From Octopus sinensis (Eukaryota), in assembly GCF_006345805.1 (NCBI RefSeq), contig NC_042998.1:52576001-52640000 (forward strand): a stretch of 64,000 bases of DNA. Direction: 5' to 3'. Shown in pieces: positions 1-13,194 of the stretch (positions are counted from its first letter, which is position 1; each line of letters opens with the position of its first letter). The notes under the pieces are model-generated. The model saw only the letters and a list, made by a program, of their open reading frames with translations, was not told the DNA's origin and did no database searches. A program made the position numbers and the translations under genes.

Positions 1-129
1 AGAGATAGGGGAAAGTGAAATACAAGATATTTGGAAAACACTTAAATTACTGGGAAAAAGGCAATAAATAAATAGATAAATAAATAAATAAAAATATTGA
101 CATTGATGTCTGGTGATTATTGTCTTATA

Positions 130-460
130 GCTATAAGGTAAACATGTGCACATATAGATACATGCATGTGTGTGTATATGTATATGCATATATATATATA
201 TACACACACACACATGTATGCATGTGTATATTTGTGCATGTGTGTGCATTTATATGTATATGCATGTGTGTATATATGTGTGTATGTATGTATGTATGTA
301 TGTATGTATGTTTGCAATGTTGTATACATATGTAATTTCATATATATACACACACCCATACATAAATATATGTACATGTAGATATATAATAGATAAATGT
401 AACATTTGTGTATGTGATATATATATGTGTGTGTATATATGTATGTATACACACAAACAC
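130..460. repeat. Compound (TA)n/(TG)n/(TATG)n microsatellite
   Basis: Directly visible; it accounts for the Y/I/C/V/M/H/T-rich ORFs at 117-466. Confidence 0.95.
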
Positions 461-1224
461 ATTTGACAGAAATATTTCTATGATGATTGAATTAACAATT
501 GAAAGGATTTAGGAAAAAAGATGGAATAGAGATTGGCAATGGAGGTGGTAGTGGTGGTGGTGGGTGATGTTTGATGACAGTCATGATAATGTGGTGCTGG
601 TAGTAGTGGTAGTGGTGGTTCCAATTGGTGATGACAATAATGATTTCTGTGTAGGTAAGGAGTTAGAAGATGTGAAGAAGAAGGAAGAGGAGGAAACAAT
701 ATGTGCCGTAGTAACAAGATCAAGACAAAGAATGAATGTGAGCAATCGCAAATGGAATGACTGCAGTAGCTTCATTCCCAACAAGCTTACCTAGGAACTG
801 AACCACTAGCTTTTTTTGATATCAACAACAACTGCAGTATTGCTAACAACTTTTGTTAATGACAGTAACAGCTTCACTAACAGTGATAATAACATTAACC
901 TTAAAACATGAATTAATAGTTACATGAAGTATAATGAAAATTGCTACATCAGAGAACCATATAGTCATGGCCAAAAATTTGGAACATTTTTTTAGAAATT
1001 GAAATTGTTCTGCCCATGTAGAATTCAATTCAAATATATACCATGTAGAGATATACTTACCTTATAAATGGTCCAATGGTTAATATCTTCTAATTGAACC
1101 TTTGGATTGATTATTAGGGAAGTACATCTCTATGTTGTAGAGATCCAAATCAAATTGTACTTGGGCATAACAAATCTAATTTTTAAAAGAAGGTTCCAAA
1201 TTTTTGACCACGACTGATCCACAT

Positions 1225-1661
1225 ATTCTTTTCTGCTCTAGGCACAAGGCCCGAAATTTTGGGGGAGGGGACCAGTTGATTAGATCAATCCCTGTACGAA
1301 ACTGGTACTTAATTTATCGACCCCATCCCCCCAAAAAGGATGAAAGACAAAGTCGACCTCGGCATAATTTTAACTCAGAACATAAGACAGACGAAATACC
1401 GCTAACCATTTTGCCCAGCATGCTAACGTTTCTTATTTCTCTATTGCCCACAAGAGGTTAAACATAGAAGGGACAAACAAGGACAGACAAAGGGATTACG
1501 TTGGTTACATCGACCCCTGTGCATAACTGGTACTTAATTTATCGACCCCGAAAGGATGAAAGGCAAAGTCGACCTCAGTGGAATTTGAACTCAGAACGTA
1601 GCGACGGGTGAAATACCGTAAGCATTTTGCCCAGTGTGCTAACGTTTCTGCCAGCTTGCCA
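1225..1661 (-). mobile_element. Head-to-tail dimer of tRNA-derived SINE (family A)
   Basis: Two copies of the core ggatgaaaggcaaagtcgacctc..aatttgaactcagaac (reverse-strand B box GTTCAAATTC). The copies have different 3' tails. Confidence 0.85.
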
Positions 1662-1664
1662 CTT

Positions 1665-1850
1665 TACTAACCCAAATATTCTATCTGTTTTACGTTCATT
1701 TTATGTTCAAACTGGATAGATCCAGCCTCTCACCTACCCTCCAATGTTATTCTAAAATAAGCAATCACATCATTGAAATCTCAAAGCTACAAGGGCATGC
1801 ATGATTAATTCAAGAGAATATGAATAAATAAGCATTACATTTGGCAGTGA
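1665..1850 (+). mobile_element. Partial copy of piggyBac-like MITE (family E)
   Basis: Shares cccaaatattctatctgtttta..aagcaatcacatcattgaaatctc with 44092-44311; termini are eroded. Confidence 0.6.
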
Positions 1851-2989
1851 TCAATAGTCAAATGCTGTCAATAGTTAAACCATTTAATTCACAAGGACTA
1901 AGTCCACCTGACTGCATATAGGTATCACAAATTGTTTTTTGTAAGCACTGCAGTAACTTATTAATCCTGATTTATAACATAAGTACAGGATCAAACATTT
2001 TAGGGCAGGTGGAAAAGTTGATTATATTGATCGCATTACTAGACAGGTACTTTATTCTCTTTTCCTTTTTTCCCCTGAAAGAGGACAAAGTCGTGTACTG
2101 TTTTGCTCTGAGTTAAAATCTTGTTAGTACCGTTATTGACTAACTACAACAAAGCATCAAAGCATGCTGAATTTAAGACTGCCTTGTAGAGGAATTTGTT
2201 GCAAGTCTTCTCAATTTGAACCAGCACAGGGTTATTTTCCCCTCTTAAGCAAATTTTCATAAGCAAAAACGGGATTTTTCTATTTGAATAATGATGTCAG
2301 CAAAAATCTGGCCGCTAAAATTATATGTAACCATCTCTGAGATTTTTGAGTGAAGACATCACTATAGATCTGTCTAATTAAATTTCTTCTGGAATGTACT
2401 AAAAAGACCAGAATTACAGAGTGAAAGACAGTGTAAAAGGGATGAGTGGAGGATAGGCAAAAGTACATATCTAACAAAACTAGGATCAAAGACAGACACC
2501 ACTCTGCAGTGCTCTCTTGTGCAACTGCTACTATGGCCTTGGACTGATCGAAACCTTGTGAGTGGTTTTGATAGACAAACTGAAAGAAGCCTGTTGTGTG
2601 TATATACATACATGCAAATAAATATACATTTATGTTTGCTTAGAAGAAGCTTTTTTTGGCTCTCTCTAAATTTCTCAGTAACACACAGAAACATTTGTTA
2701 TGGTAGTAGAATCTTTTGCTATTTGTTCAAAACCTGGATCTTATGCTTGAAAAATAAAACTTGTAAACCTGAGTTCTCATAAAGCAAGTCTTTGTAAAGT
2801 GAGGTATTACTGTACTAGGATCGATCATTTAGACTAAGCCCTTCAAGACAGTGTCCCAGTATGGCCAGTATCCAGTGACTGAAACTAGTAAAAGAGGTAG
2901 ATATATAAATCTATGCATACTTTTATACTTACAAACCAATATGTAGATGCATTAACATATAACAATCCTATGATGGAGCTTGTAAACAT

Positions 2990-3043
2990 TCAAACACTCA
3001 TTGTCTTTCTCTCTCTCTCTCTGTTTCTCACACATATGCACGT

Positions 3044-3083
<40 letters not shown>

Positions 3084-3240
3084 ACACACCATAAGTACAT
3101 TGCATACATTCCCATTGGCAGAAACACATAATACTCTGTAAACACATATACCTGCATATTCACAAACATCTACAAATATGCACATGCATATGTATGTGAG
3201 CACACACACATACACATACACACACACATACACACACATT
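2990..3240. repeat. (CT)n/(CA)n microsatellite
   Basis: Directly visible. Confidence 0.9.
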
Positions 3241-3994
3241 TTACAAATTCTTTAAGCAGTTTTCCAAGAAAGAAAATGTAAATATCTAATCAATTTTTTC
3301 CCTCCATCACCTTTCCTCTTTCCCGTTGACCAAATTTAGCAACAGAAGAACATTGTGCAAAAAGATAATAAAATAAATGAAAACAAATGACAATAAATCT
3401 AAGAAAAAAACATTGAGTAGAACTGGCAGGAAAAAAGAAAAGGAAAGTAAATGTTGGATATGTCATTTAATGGGATCAAAAGAAACTGGGAATTAAGGAA
3501 GAAAAAATTCTTTGTTTCTTGATTTTTATCATTTCTTTAAATCTGTCAAAATATGATGGCAGCCTTAGAAACAAAAAAAAAATCATTTTGTTTCTTCCTT
3601 CCTCCTTCCATCTCTCTATCTCTGCCTCTCCTTCCCTCCTCTCTCACTCTCCTTTCTTTCTTTCTCCCTTATTCTCCACTCTCTTTCTCCTTTACTCTCC
3701 TGTCTCCTTTTTCCTTCCTCTCATCCTTTCTCTCTCCGCATGTGTCCCTCCCTCTCCTTCCTCCCTTCTCTCTCTCATAAACAGATAAACAAACTTATTT
3801 TCACTGATTTTCTATTTTTCTAAAAATATAACTTTCCATGTAACTATTTGATTAATTGATTATTTAATTAATTAACAACAGAATTAATTAATAATAACTT
3901 AAACAATGATAAGCATTACATTTATTTATTTAATTTTTTTTAGTTTTCTGACATAGGTCAGAATGACATTCAATATTTGTGTGTGTGTCAAATC

Positions 3995-4125
3995 CCGTTC
4001 AGGTTGACTTTGCCTTCCATCTTTTGGGGTTGATAAATTAAGTACCAGTTGTGTACTGGGGTTGATCTAATCATCTGGCACTCTCCCCAAAAGTTTCAGG
4101 CCTTGAGCCTAGAGTAGATAAGAAT
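3995..4125 (+). mobile_element. 5'-truncated family A SINE
   Basis: gttgactttgccttccatcttttggggttgataaattaagtaccag..ccttgagcctagagtaga. Confidence 0.75.
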
Positions 4126-4149
4126 ATTTGTGTGTGTTATTTTGAGTTG

Positions 4150-4400
4150 GTTCATGTATCTTTGAAGAGGGCAATCCCTTGGTCTTTTCCCTGAAGTGAG
4201 CTCAGAATGCTAACGTTCACTCTTCCATTGAAAGGCAGTATTTCAGGATCAGCAATTTGATACTTTGACTGCTGGCTCTTTCCAGGACTTTGGTTTTGGT
4301 CACATAGTGTTGCCATTTGATGCTGAAGATTGAACAAATCCTACATCTTTTGAAACACAAGTCTGAAATTGTACCAAGTGGTGGTGTTCTATCACCACTG
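4150..4400 (-). mobile_element. Decayed RTE-clade LINE, C-terminal ORF fragment
   Basis: Minus strand translates SIKWQHYVTKTKVLERASSQSIKLLILK and, after frameshifts, ELTSGKRPR. This resembles the RTE post-RT region (W..hVtN.EVL.RA; GEL..GKR.RG). Confidence 0.6.
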
Positions 4401-4639
4401 GAACTAAAGACTTCGAAACCACAAGAAAAGACAATGAAGAAATCAAATGACTGGAGAGAAAGGCTGAATAAAATAAATCTCGTCAATCACCAGTTATTAC
4501 CATGCAGTCAATGCCATCATCTCTACTATTTAAGAATTGATCGACTTTGTCATTAATGCTATCACCATAAAGGAAGCATTCACCAAAAAAGAAAGTAAAT
4601 TCTCAGATACAAGATAAAGTCAACAATGATATATATTTA

Positions 4640-4993
4640 CACACAAACACAAACACACACATACACACATCTATATATAATAATGATGATGTATGTATAT
4701 ATGTGTGTGTGTGTATACATATATAAGATATGGGTTGACAACACTAAGTAGTGATGTGTATGCATGAATGTATGTATATATAACTTTTATATATATATGT
4801 GTATATGTATATATGTATATATACATTTATATATATATGTGTGTGTGTGTGTGTGTATGTTTGTATGTATGTATGTATGTATGTATGTATGTATGTATGT
4901 ATGCATGTATGTATGCATGTATGTATGCATGTATGTATTATGTATGTATGTATGTATGTATGTATGTATGTATGCCTGCATGTGTGTGTGTGA

Positions 4994-5040
<47 letters not shown>
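4640..5040. repeat. Compound (TA)n/(TG)n/(TATG)n microsatellite
   Basis: Directly visible; explains the ORFs at 4764-5109. Confidence 0.95.
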
Positions 5041-5041
<1 letters not shown>

Positions 5042-5348
5042 CTGGCTCTCTGCTGGTTATGACAAGAAGGGTTCCAGTTGATCTGAACAGGAGAACAGCC
5101 TGCTCATGAAATTAAAGTGCAAGTGGCTGCGTATTCCATAGACATATGTACCTTTAACGTATTTCTCAGGGAGATTCCACATGATATTGTGTGTGACAAG
5201 GCTGGCCCCTTGGAATATAAGTACTACTCATTTTTGCCAGCTGAGTGAACTGGAGCAATGTCTTGCTCAAGGATACAATGTGTTGCTGGTCATTGAACTC
5301 ATGACCTTATGATTGTGAGCCGAATACCCTAACCACTAAGCCATGCAC
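5035..5348 (-). mobile_element. tRNA-derived SINE (family C)
   Basis: Reverse strand begins ggtgcatggcttagtggttagggtattcgg (A box) ..gagttcaatgacc (B box), then ccttgagcaagac..gctccagttcactcagctg, shared with 7666-7960. Confidence 0.75.
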
Positions 5349-5814
5349 CTTCACACACACACACATGCACGCACACACTCAAACACATCATACATATATA
5401 TATATGCTTACACACTAACATACACACACATACATACACATACACATGCACACACTCACACATATATATATACTAGTCTAAGAAAGTGTTTATACACTTG
5501 CAGAAAACAAAAAATACACAGATGTGTACATATGAATGAGTATTTTCTTTAACAATATGCTAGAGTACATTATAACTTACAGTTCTTTCTGTATGATGAG
5601 TACACAATTTTGTAATTACTGTTTTGGTTCTAAACCCCATATTCACAGTAATTCTTTTTTTCGTTTGAATTTGCATCAAATAAGAACCTGCATTCATATA
5701 TGTAGATGACATATGATGAAAAGGAAGCCAAAATCTTTCATAAAATGTGGTGATTAAATGTAATATAAAGCTGAAAAGAAAAAGTTAGTATTTGAAAAAA
5801 AAATATCTCCATCA

Positions 5815-5990
5815 GCCTTACTAATTGTTTTTACTATAAGCACAAGGCCAGCAGTTTTAGTGGGAAGATGTATGTCATTTATATTGACCCCATTGCTTGA
5901 CTGGTATTTCATTTTGTCATTTCCGAAAGGATGAAATGTAAAGTTGACCTTGGCAGAATTTGATCTCAGGATGTAAATCAGAATCAAATT
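5815..5990 (-). mobile_element. Family A SINE
   Basis: gcacaaggccag..ggatgaaatgtaaagttgaccttggcagaatttga. Confidence 0.75.
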
Positions 5991-5994
5991 TGAT

Positions 5995-6438
5995 GACTGG
6001 CATCCATGCTAGTGGAGCGCTCAGAGCACCATCGAAGTGTGATCGTTGCCAGAGCAGCTAACTGGCTTCTGTGCTGGGGCATGTAAAAAGCACCATTCAA
6101 GCGTGATCGTTACCAGCATTGCCTTACTGGCACTTGTGCTGGTGGCACGTGAAAAAGCATTCGAGCGAGGTCATTGCCAGTGCCACTGGACTGGCTCCTG
6201 TGCAGGTAGCATGTAAAAAACACCATTTAAGCATAGCTGTTGCCAGTACCGCCTGACTGGGCCTCATGCTGGTGGCACGTAAAAGCACCCACTACACTCT
6301 CTGAGTGGTTGGCATTAGGAAGGGCATCCAGCTGTAGAAACTCAGCCAGATCAAATTGGAGACTGGTGCAGCCATCTGGTTCGCCAGTCCTCAGTCAAAT
6401 CGTCCAACCCATGCTAGCATGGAAAGCGGACGTTAAAC

Positions 6439-6470
<32 letters not shown>

Positions 6471-6490
6471 GGATAATGATGATGATGTAA
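5995..6490 (+). mobile_element. RTE-associated 3' tail element with internal ~60-bp tandem units (family D)
   Basis: About four ggtggcacgtaaaaagcacc-type units, then cccactacactct..ggaagggcatccagctgtagaaa..catgctagcatggaaagcggacgttaaac and a (GAT)n tail. Confidence 0.85.
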
Positions 6491-6800
6491 AGCTGAAGGA
6501 AATAGTGCTAAGCATTTTGTCATGCATGCTGATGGTTCTGCTTACTCATTGCCTTTTAAAAATAATTCTTTCTTTTTCAATAGGTAAAAGGCCTGAAAGT
6601 GTAAGGGAAGGGGTTATTTGATTACATGAACCCCAGTGCTCAACTGGTATTTATCTTATTGACCCCCTCTCCCACTAAAAGGATGAAAAGTAAATTTAAC
6701 CATGGCAGAATTTGAACTTACTACATAAAGACCTGGAAGAAATGCTACTAAGCATTTTGTCTGGTGTAGTAATGATTCTGTCAGCTCAGCATCCTCATCT
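6490..6800 (-). mobile_element. Decayed family A SINE copies
   Basis: ggatgaaaag..catggcagaatttgaact..gaaatgctactaagcattttg. Confidence 0.65.
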
Positions 6801-7129
6801 GCATTAATAATTATTAATCTTAGCAAATTTATCAATCAATATAATGAATGAACATAATTCTTGATATGTTTCATTGAGAAAGAAAATGAAAGTGAAAGTA
6901 TCACACAATAATCTTCTACTCGTGTAAAGCATATTAACTATAAGTCAACGACCTCAAGTCCAGCATATTACTGATTTTCACACACACACACACACAGATA
7001 CACATATGAGACGGGGAGTAAGTTTAGATTGAGTTAAGCTTAACTTTTTATGATACTAACGCATCAGAAGCTATCTCTTTTTCTTTGATGAGAAACTTAG
7101 CTAAAGTAATCATATTTACATACAGTCAT

Positions 7130-7610
7130 CTTCTTTGCCCACTATTTCTGGGAGTGTCATGGGAGCAGAGAACTCAAGCACCTCCTCTAAAGATTTTTCC
7201 AGCTGGATTCTCAAGCTCGACCAACTGAAACTATGGGTATTATCCAGCCATTTTATTCCTGGGCTACCCTTAGGTCTCCTGCTGGTTGCTTTGGCTTAAA
7301 GAAACTGTCTTGTAATTCTTTCCTGTGATATTCTAATCACATGTCTGTAATACCAGAGCTGTGACTCTTGATGCACAGGAGTAGTGACTTAACCTGGAGA
7401 GATTCCCTGCTCTCTGAGCTGTGCATTCTGTTGAGTAACATTACTCCAAAGAACCCCATTTCATTTGCTTATTTTTCTGATCTTCAATTCATCATGAATG
7501 CTAGCTACATTAAATTCTTCCATTGTAATTTCATACACAAAATTTTTGATGCCCCAAGCACCAGTTTAATAATGAAAAAAATTGGTTATTCTGCTAAGCA
7601 TCTTTAAATT
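7130..7610 (-). mobile_element. Decayed RTE-like LINE 3' ORF fragment
   Basis: Minus strand gives QLWYYRHVIRISQERITRQFL*AKATSRRPKGSPGIKWLD, compared with the RTE-type QLRW.GHV.RM...GRRPRGRP..RW.D. Confidence 0.7.
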
Positions 7611-7665
7611 CTTGCTTATTTTCAAAATTAATTGAATTGTGTTAGCACTTTATATCTTGTTATGT

Positions 7666-7960
7666 GAAGGCACATGGCTCAGTGGTTAGAGCGTCAATTC
7701 TGTGTGTTGTGTTCTTGAGCAAGACACTTTATTTCATAATGCTCCAGTTCACTTAGCTATAGAAATGAGTTGCGATGTCACTGGTGCCAAGCTGCATCAG
7801 CATTTGCCTTTCCCTTGGATAACTTTGGTGGTGTGGAGAGGGGAGGCTGGTATGCATGGACGACTGCTGGTCTTCCATAAACAACCTTGCTTGGACTTGT
7901 GCTTTAGAGGGTAACTTTCTAGGTACAATCCCATGGTCATTTTTGTCCGAAGGGGTTCTT
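7666..7960 (+). mobile_element. tRNA-derived SINE (family C)
   Basis: ggcacatggctcagtggttagagcg (A box) and ttgagcaagacactt..gctccagttcac central block. Confidence 0.75.
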
Positions 7961-8039
7961 TATACATCTTGTTAAAATACGGTTGTGAAAGTTTTTAAAT
8001 TCTTGAGCTATTTACTTTTTAAGTATTCTGCAAATAATA

Positions 8040-8430
8040 CAAGAGGGTTTAGGTACTAATCATTTCTCACATAAGCACAAGGCTAATAATTTGTGGGGAG
8101 AGGTTGGTAAGTTAAACTGACCAATCAAATGGTGTGCTTGACTGGTGCTTTTATTGATCTGAGTGGGATGAAAGGCAATGTTGACTTCAACAGGCTTTGG
8201 ACTTTGAACAAGTTTGTTAATAATGATTTCAAATCTTGGCACAAGGCCAGAAATTTTAGGGGAGGGGTAAGTCAATTACACTGACCCCAATTATTTATTT
8301 TATTGACCTCAAAAGGATGGAAGGCAAACTCAACCACTGTGTTATTTGAACTCAGAACACAAAATCAGAAAAACGCTGAGGAGCATTTTGTCTTGTATGT
8401 TATAGATTCTGCCAGCTCACCATCTTGTTT
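8040..8430 (-). mobile_element. Two tandem family A SINE copies
   Basis: Two gcacaaggc..ggatg(a/g)aaggcaa blocks. Confidence 0.7.
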
Positions 8431-8989
8431 GTTAATAATGCGAATAAAGCATTGCTTAAAGAAAAAAAAAAACAATGAAATTTGTAGACTTAGGAACAAT
8501 ATACCTTACAAGTTTTATCTATGTGCGTTTTATTGCATCAAAAGATCAGCAATTAGCACTACCAATGTCAAGGAACACATTTTGTTGTGTCTTGTTGGGG
8601 TCATTTTGCCAAAATTAACAACAGATGCACAGGTTCAAATCCACTTCTTTATTGTTAGTCAGTTGGTTAAAGATCTAACTAATTGATTGTTTGTTTAACG
8701 AGCTGGTTAAACAATCAATCAATTGTTTGTCAACATCATTTTATCCATGGTCTCATCAATGATATGCTACACATGAAGACAATGTGATGGATGGTTTCAG
8801 GTTATTTTTTACACACTCAACATGTAGCAGTGCTACCATTCTTTAAGATGTTATCCTGATAGCACCTTAATGGTAGGCATTGATTCTAGGCCACAAGATA
8901 AACTCTTCTGTCTCTGATTTTAAGCCAGCAGATACTGGCCACTAATGAGTAAGAGTTTTGTCAACTTATTATTATCATTACTATTATTA

Positions 8990-9175
8990 TTAGCAAGCTG
9001 ACAGAATGCTTAGTGACATTTCATCCATTTTTATGTTCTGAGTTCAAATTCTTCCAAGTTTGACTTTGCTTGTCATCCTTATGGGATTGATGAAATAAGA
9101 ACCACCAGGGTTGGTATAATTGACAAGTCCTTTCCTCACAAAATTCCAGGCCTTGTGCCTATTGTAGAAAGGATT
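8990..9175 (+). mobile_element. Family A SINE with (TTA)/(TAG) tail
   Basis: gcaagctgacagaatgcttag..ttctgagttcaaattc..ccaggccttgtgcctattgtagaaagg. Confidence 0.75.
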
Positions 9176-9221
9176 ATTATTATTATTATTAGTAGTAGTA
9201 GTAGTATTTAGCTTTGAGGTG

Positions 9222-9470
9222 AATGGCATAGTGGTTAAGGTTTTTGCTCTCATGATCACAACATCATTGTTTCAATTCCTAGACTGGGTGATACACTGTA
9301 TTCTTGAAGAAAACATTTCACCTCGCATTGCTCTGCCTACTCTTCGACACTTGACATGTGGTACACTGTGCTCCTATTCAGGCAACGTCTATTTGGTGGA
9401 GAGACTGAGCTAATGTATAGCTTGAACATTTAATCACTATAAACAAATCACTTGTAATCATTTGGCAAAA
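9222..9470 (+). mobile_element. Old tRNA-derived SINE
   Basis: ggcatagtggttaagg (A box) ..gtttcaattcc (B-box-like). Confidence 0.55.
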
Positions 9471-10179
9471 GCTGAACATAGTCATGTCTGACGGGAGAGC
9501 CCATCATTTACATTTGAGTAAGTAATGATCAAACAGACCAATGATTAAAGGTATTCTAGTTGTAACAAGTTTGCCAGTTATAACCCTTTACTGATTAATT
9601 ACTTGTTTTTACTGGTACCATCAACTCAGTACTTGACAAGTACTTTATTTTATTGACTCCCAAGGGTTTGAACTTGGAATCTAAAGAGCCAGAAGAAATG
9701 AGGCAAAACATTTTGTCTGAAGCTCTAATGATTCTATCACCTCACCAATTAATAAATGTTAAAATCTGATTACCCTGCTCCTTCTTTCTCTTGTTCCCAA
9801 ACAGACTTATATCTGAATCCTTCATCAAACTGAAGGACAGATTGCCAAATTTGAGGTGAACAAGTGCATCAAGACTCAAATATAATTTGAAATAGACATA
9901 ACCAGTCCCTCCAGTTTGGATATATTTATGATCATTCAATGTTAAGTATGTTTTGGTATATTTCCAATTGAATATATTCATTATTGCACATTTTTAGGTA
10001 TACTTCTAAAACTGAAAGTTATAATTAGGAGTTTGTATTTACTGTAACATGTTTACTGTAACATATGATTTAGGTAAATATGATTGTATATGTTTGCTAT
10101 TAAACATATTTACCTGAACATATGATTATGTATTTCATACTGACATATGTTTAGATAAGCATGGTTATATATGGAAAAC

Positions 10180-10930
10180 CTGGGACGAGGTGGTGAAGCA
10201 CGACCTTCGAACGTTAGGTCTCACCATGGAAATGACTAGAGACCGAGACCTATGGAAGTATGCTGTGCGTGAGAAGACCTGGCAAGACTAGTGAAGCCAT
10301 AACCCGTGGCCCCTACCTGGGACGTAGTCAGTCCACCTGTGCATACCTTCCTGCTTGTGACACTTGTGAAGACCTGTTGAGGCAAATCAAATCAAAGTCA
10401 AATCGAATCAAGTCAAACCAAATCAAAATAGATGAACATCAATGGAATTTGTATCCTTGTGGTACCAGTGCCGGTGGCACATAAGAAAACCATCCGAACG
10501 GGACCGTAGCCAGTACCGCATCGACTGGCCTCCGTGCCGTGGGCACGTAACAAACACCATCCGATCGTAGCCGTTCGCCAGCCTCGTCTGGCACCTGTGT
10601 CGGTGGCACATAAGAAAAACACCGAAAACACCATATCCGAGCGTGGTCGTCTGCCAGCCTCGTCTGGCACCTGTGTCGGTGGCACATAAAAAACACCATC
10701 CGAGCGTGGCCGTCTGCCAGCCTCGTCTGGCACCTGTGTCGGTGGCACATAAAATCACCCACTACACTCTCGGAGTGGTTGGCGTTAGGAAGGGCATCCA
10801 GCTGTAGAAACACTGCCAGATCTGACTGGCCTGGTGTAGCCTTCGGGCTTGCCAGACCCCAGTTGAACCGTCCAACCCATGCTAGCATGGAAAGCGGACG
10901 TTAAACGATGATGATGATGATGATGATGTT
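10180..10930 (+). mobile_element. 5'-truncated RTE LINE: ORF end, 3' UTR and family D tail
   Basis: Translates KTWDEVVKHDLRTLGLTMEMTRDRDLWKYAVREKTWQD* (RTE C-terminus). Followed by UTR, an (ATCAA)n stretch, ~60-bp tandem units and a (GAT)n tail. Confidence 0.85.
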
Positions 10931-10954
10931 ATATATATTTAGGAATGTTTTAGA

Positions 10955-11330
10955 TTAAGGGACTGAGGCTTCTGCTAATTTGGTTTGCTTGAGAAGACAT
11001 ATCAAAGCTAAGTAAAACCATGGCTGTCCTTGCAAACAAGCACATCCCTTACATCCCTCTTCAACTGAGCAATCCAAATCTTGCAGGCTTGTGGGTGTTT
11101 GTGCCACATAAAAAGCATCCATGCTAGTTCCACATGAACGAGCCTGTGCCAGTGCTGCATAAAAGCACCTTGCATGCTCTGTATAGAGGTTGGCATTAGA
11201 AAAAGTATCTAGCCATAGAAACCATACCAAAACAGATATGAAGTCCAGGCAACTCTTCAGTTGGCCAGCTAGTGTCAAACCATCCAACCCATGCCAGCAT
11301 AGAAAACGGACGTTAAATGATGATTATAAT
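10955..11330 (+). mobile_element. Family D variant
   Basis: Ends catccaacccatgccagcatagaaaacggacgttaaatgatg; an inverted paralog lies at 13195-13500. Confidence 0.75.
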
Positions 11331-12104
11331 GATAGTTACATATGTTTATTGTTACAGATACTTAGGTAAAAGTGATTATATGTTTATAACATGTCTATAT
11401 ATATATGAATGATTGCATTTGTTTATTACAACTCATTTAGATATATATTTATAAATTCGTATGTGACACCAACTAAACTATATTCATTATATGCAATATA
11501 TATATAAATAATTTGTTATATGTAATAAATATATATACAATGTCATATATTTGAATTCAAAATAGATGAAAGATCTAAATTGTTTGATACGTCTGTCATA
11601 AATTTTATATATTTTCTATTTTTTACTTTTTATTTTGTTTTGTTTCTTAATTGACAAGGCTGGGATAAAAATGTGTTCTGCATTGATCAAACAAATATGC
11701 AACTTAGAGAGAGAGAGAGAAAGAAAGAGAGAGTGAGTGGAAAATATAGTTAATGGCTGCCTCGGGGACTGGCTTGCACACTTAGACAAAATGACTCTGT
11801 AATCTTATTTTCAACAATAATGATTTATAGAACAGATTGCTGGTGGTGAAGGTAGCAGGGTGTGTGATGTATTCAATTGAATTTATTCTAGCATATTACT
11901 ACTTTTTATTCTATCAACCACTCAGGAATGGAAATCAACTCTCTTGGGATTTTTGAGCAAAAACGATGCTGATGATAATCATAAAATCCATATTATTTAC
12001 TAGGCCATTAAACAAAGATAGAAAGGAAGGATGAAAGAAGGAAAGAAGGAAGGAGAAGATGGAAATTTTATTTTTTAATTATTTTAAATACTAAAACAGT
12101 GAGC

Positions 12105-12295
12105 TGGCAGAATCATTAGCATGCTGGACAAACCATTTTGTAGCATTTCTTCTGGTTTTATGTTCTAAGTTCAAATCCTGCCAATACCGACTTTGCTTTT
12201 CATTCTTTTGGGGTTGATAAAATAAGTAGCAGTCAAGCACTGGGGTCAATTTTCCCTCAAAATTGTTGGCCTGTCAAAAGTAGAAAGAATTCTTT
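12105..12295 (+). mobile_element. Family A SINE
   Basis: gtgagctggcagaatcattagcatgctgg..ttctaagttcaaatcc. Confidence 0.75.
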
Positions 12296-12380
12296 TTAAC
12301 ACTTGAAATAACAGAGCTGTTTCTCCAGATATGTCCCCAAGAAGATAAAAAACAAAAGTCTATAAATGTGCTGTGTAGAA

Positions 12381-12985
12381 TAGTGCTCCACAACAGGTAT
12401 ACACTGGTGTGCCATGAGACAACGCTAGGTGTGCTGCAGTATAACCTGAATATAATTTTTTCCTTATAGGTGCAGGAGTGGCTCTGTGGTATATAGTTTG
12501 CTTACCTCCCACATGGCTCTGGGTTCAGTCCCACTGCATGGCACATTGGGCAAGTGAGTTCTACTATAGCCTCGGGCTGAACAGAAGCCTTGTGAGTGGA
12601 TTTGGTAGATGGAAACTGGAAGAAGCTTGATACTGTTATTGCACAAAGGGTAAATGTGGTTTCTTTGTTGTAGTGTAATTAATAATATTAGTGTTTAATC
12701 CTTCCGAGAATTAAAATTGAATAAATGTGATATTTAAGGTATGTTTGTTCCCAAACAACACTTATTTTAGTGCTGTTAGCACTGCCAGATTGAATGGTAC
12801 TGCCCAGGTATCGAAACCATAATGATATCCGTGGTGCAGCTGATGATCTCAGTCAAATGACTGAAACAAATGAAAGAATAAAAGAATAAAAAAGAATACT
12901 TTTAATTATAATTTTAGTTCAGGTGTGCTGCTGAATTTTGAAAAGAATATAGGTACCGCAAGTACAAAATGGTTGCAGAACACTG
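12381..12985. mobile_element. Putative hAT-derived non-autonomous element with a family B SINE head inserted (12466-12630)
   Basis: Imperfect TIRs tagtgctccacaac / gttgcagaacactg. The 8-bp flanks gtgtagaa and gtttagat match at 6/8 positions with central TA, like a hAT TSD. Confidence 0.45.
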
Positions 12986-13194
12986 GTTTAGATCAGGGGT
13001 GGGGAAACACCCCACCTCTGGGTGCAATTATGCCTGCGAGAAAGTGCTTGTACTCAGCCCTTTCAATCATATTAAACATATAGTCTCTTTCATCAACATG
13101 TGCTAGTCAAAGGAAAACTGCCTGTCTTTCTCCACCAAAAGGAAGGTGGTAGTGTGATTCTCATGATAGACTCTGCAGCCAGTATCTGGATTTG

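Noticed and set aside
117-466. Many 60-220-aa ORFs rich in Y/I/C/V/M/H/T or S/L across the window
   Set aside because: They are translations of microsatellites, the GA minisatellite or family D tandem units, not genes.
478-794. Signal-peptide-like, Ser/Thr-rich minus-strand ORF (MKLLQSFHLRLLTFILCLDLVTTA..)
   Set aside because: Stops after 67 codons, is built on (GGT)/(GTA) low complexity, and has no consistent splice partner or recognisable domain.
791-1129. Two minus-strand candidate exons (1061-1129 and 791-899) with GTAAG donors
   Set aside because: Their phases are incompatible (joining gives a stop) and there is no recognisable homology.
9805-9859. Plus-strand acceptor followed by LISESFIKLKDRLPNLR
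   Set aside because: Only 17 codons, a weak donor, and no linked exon or homology.
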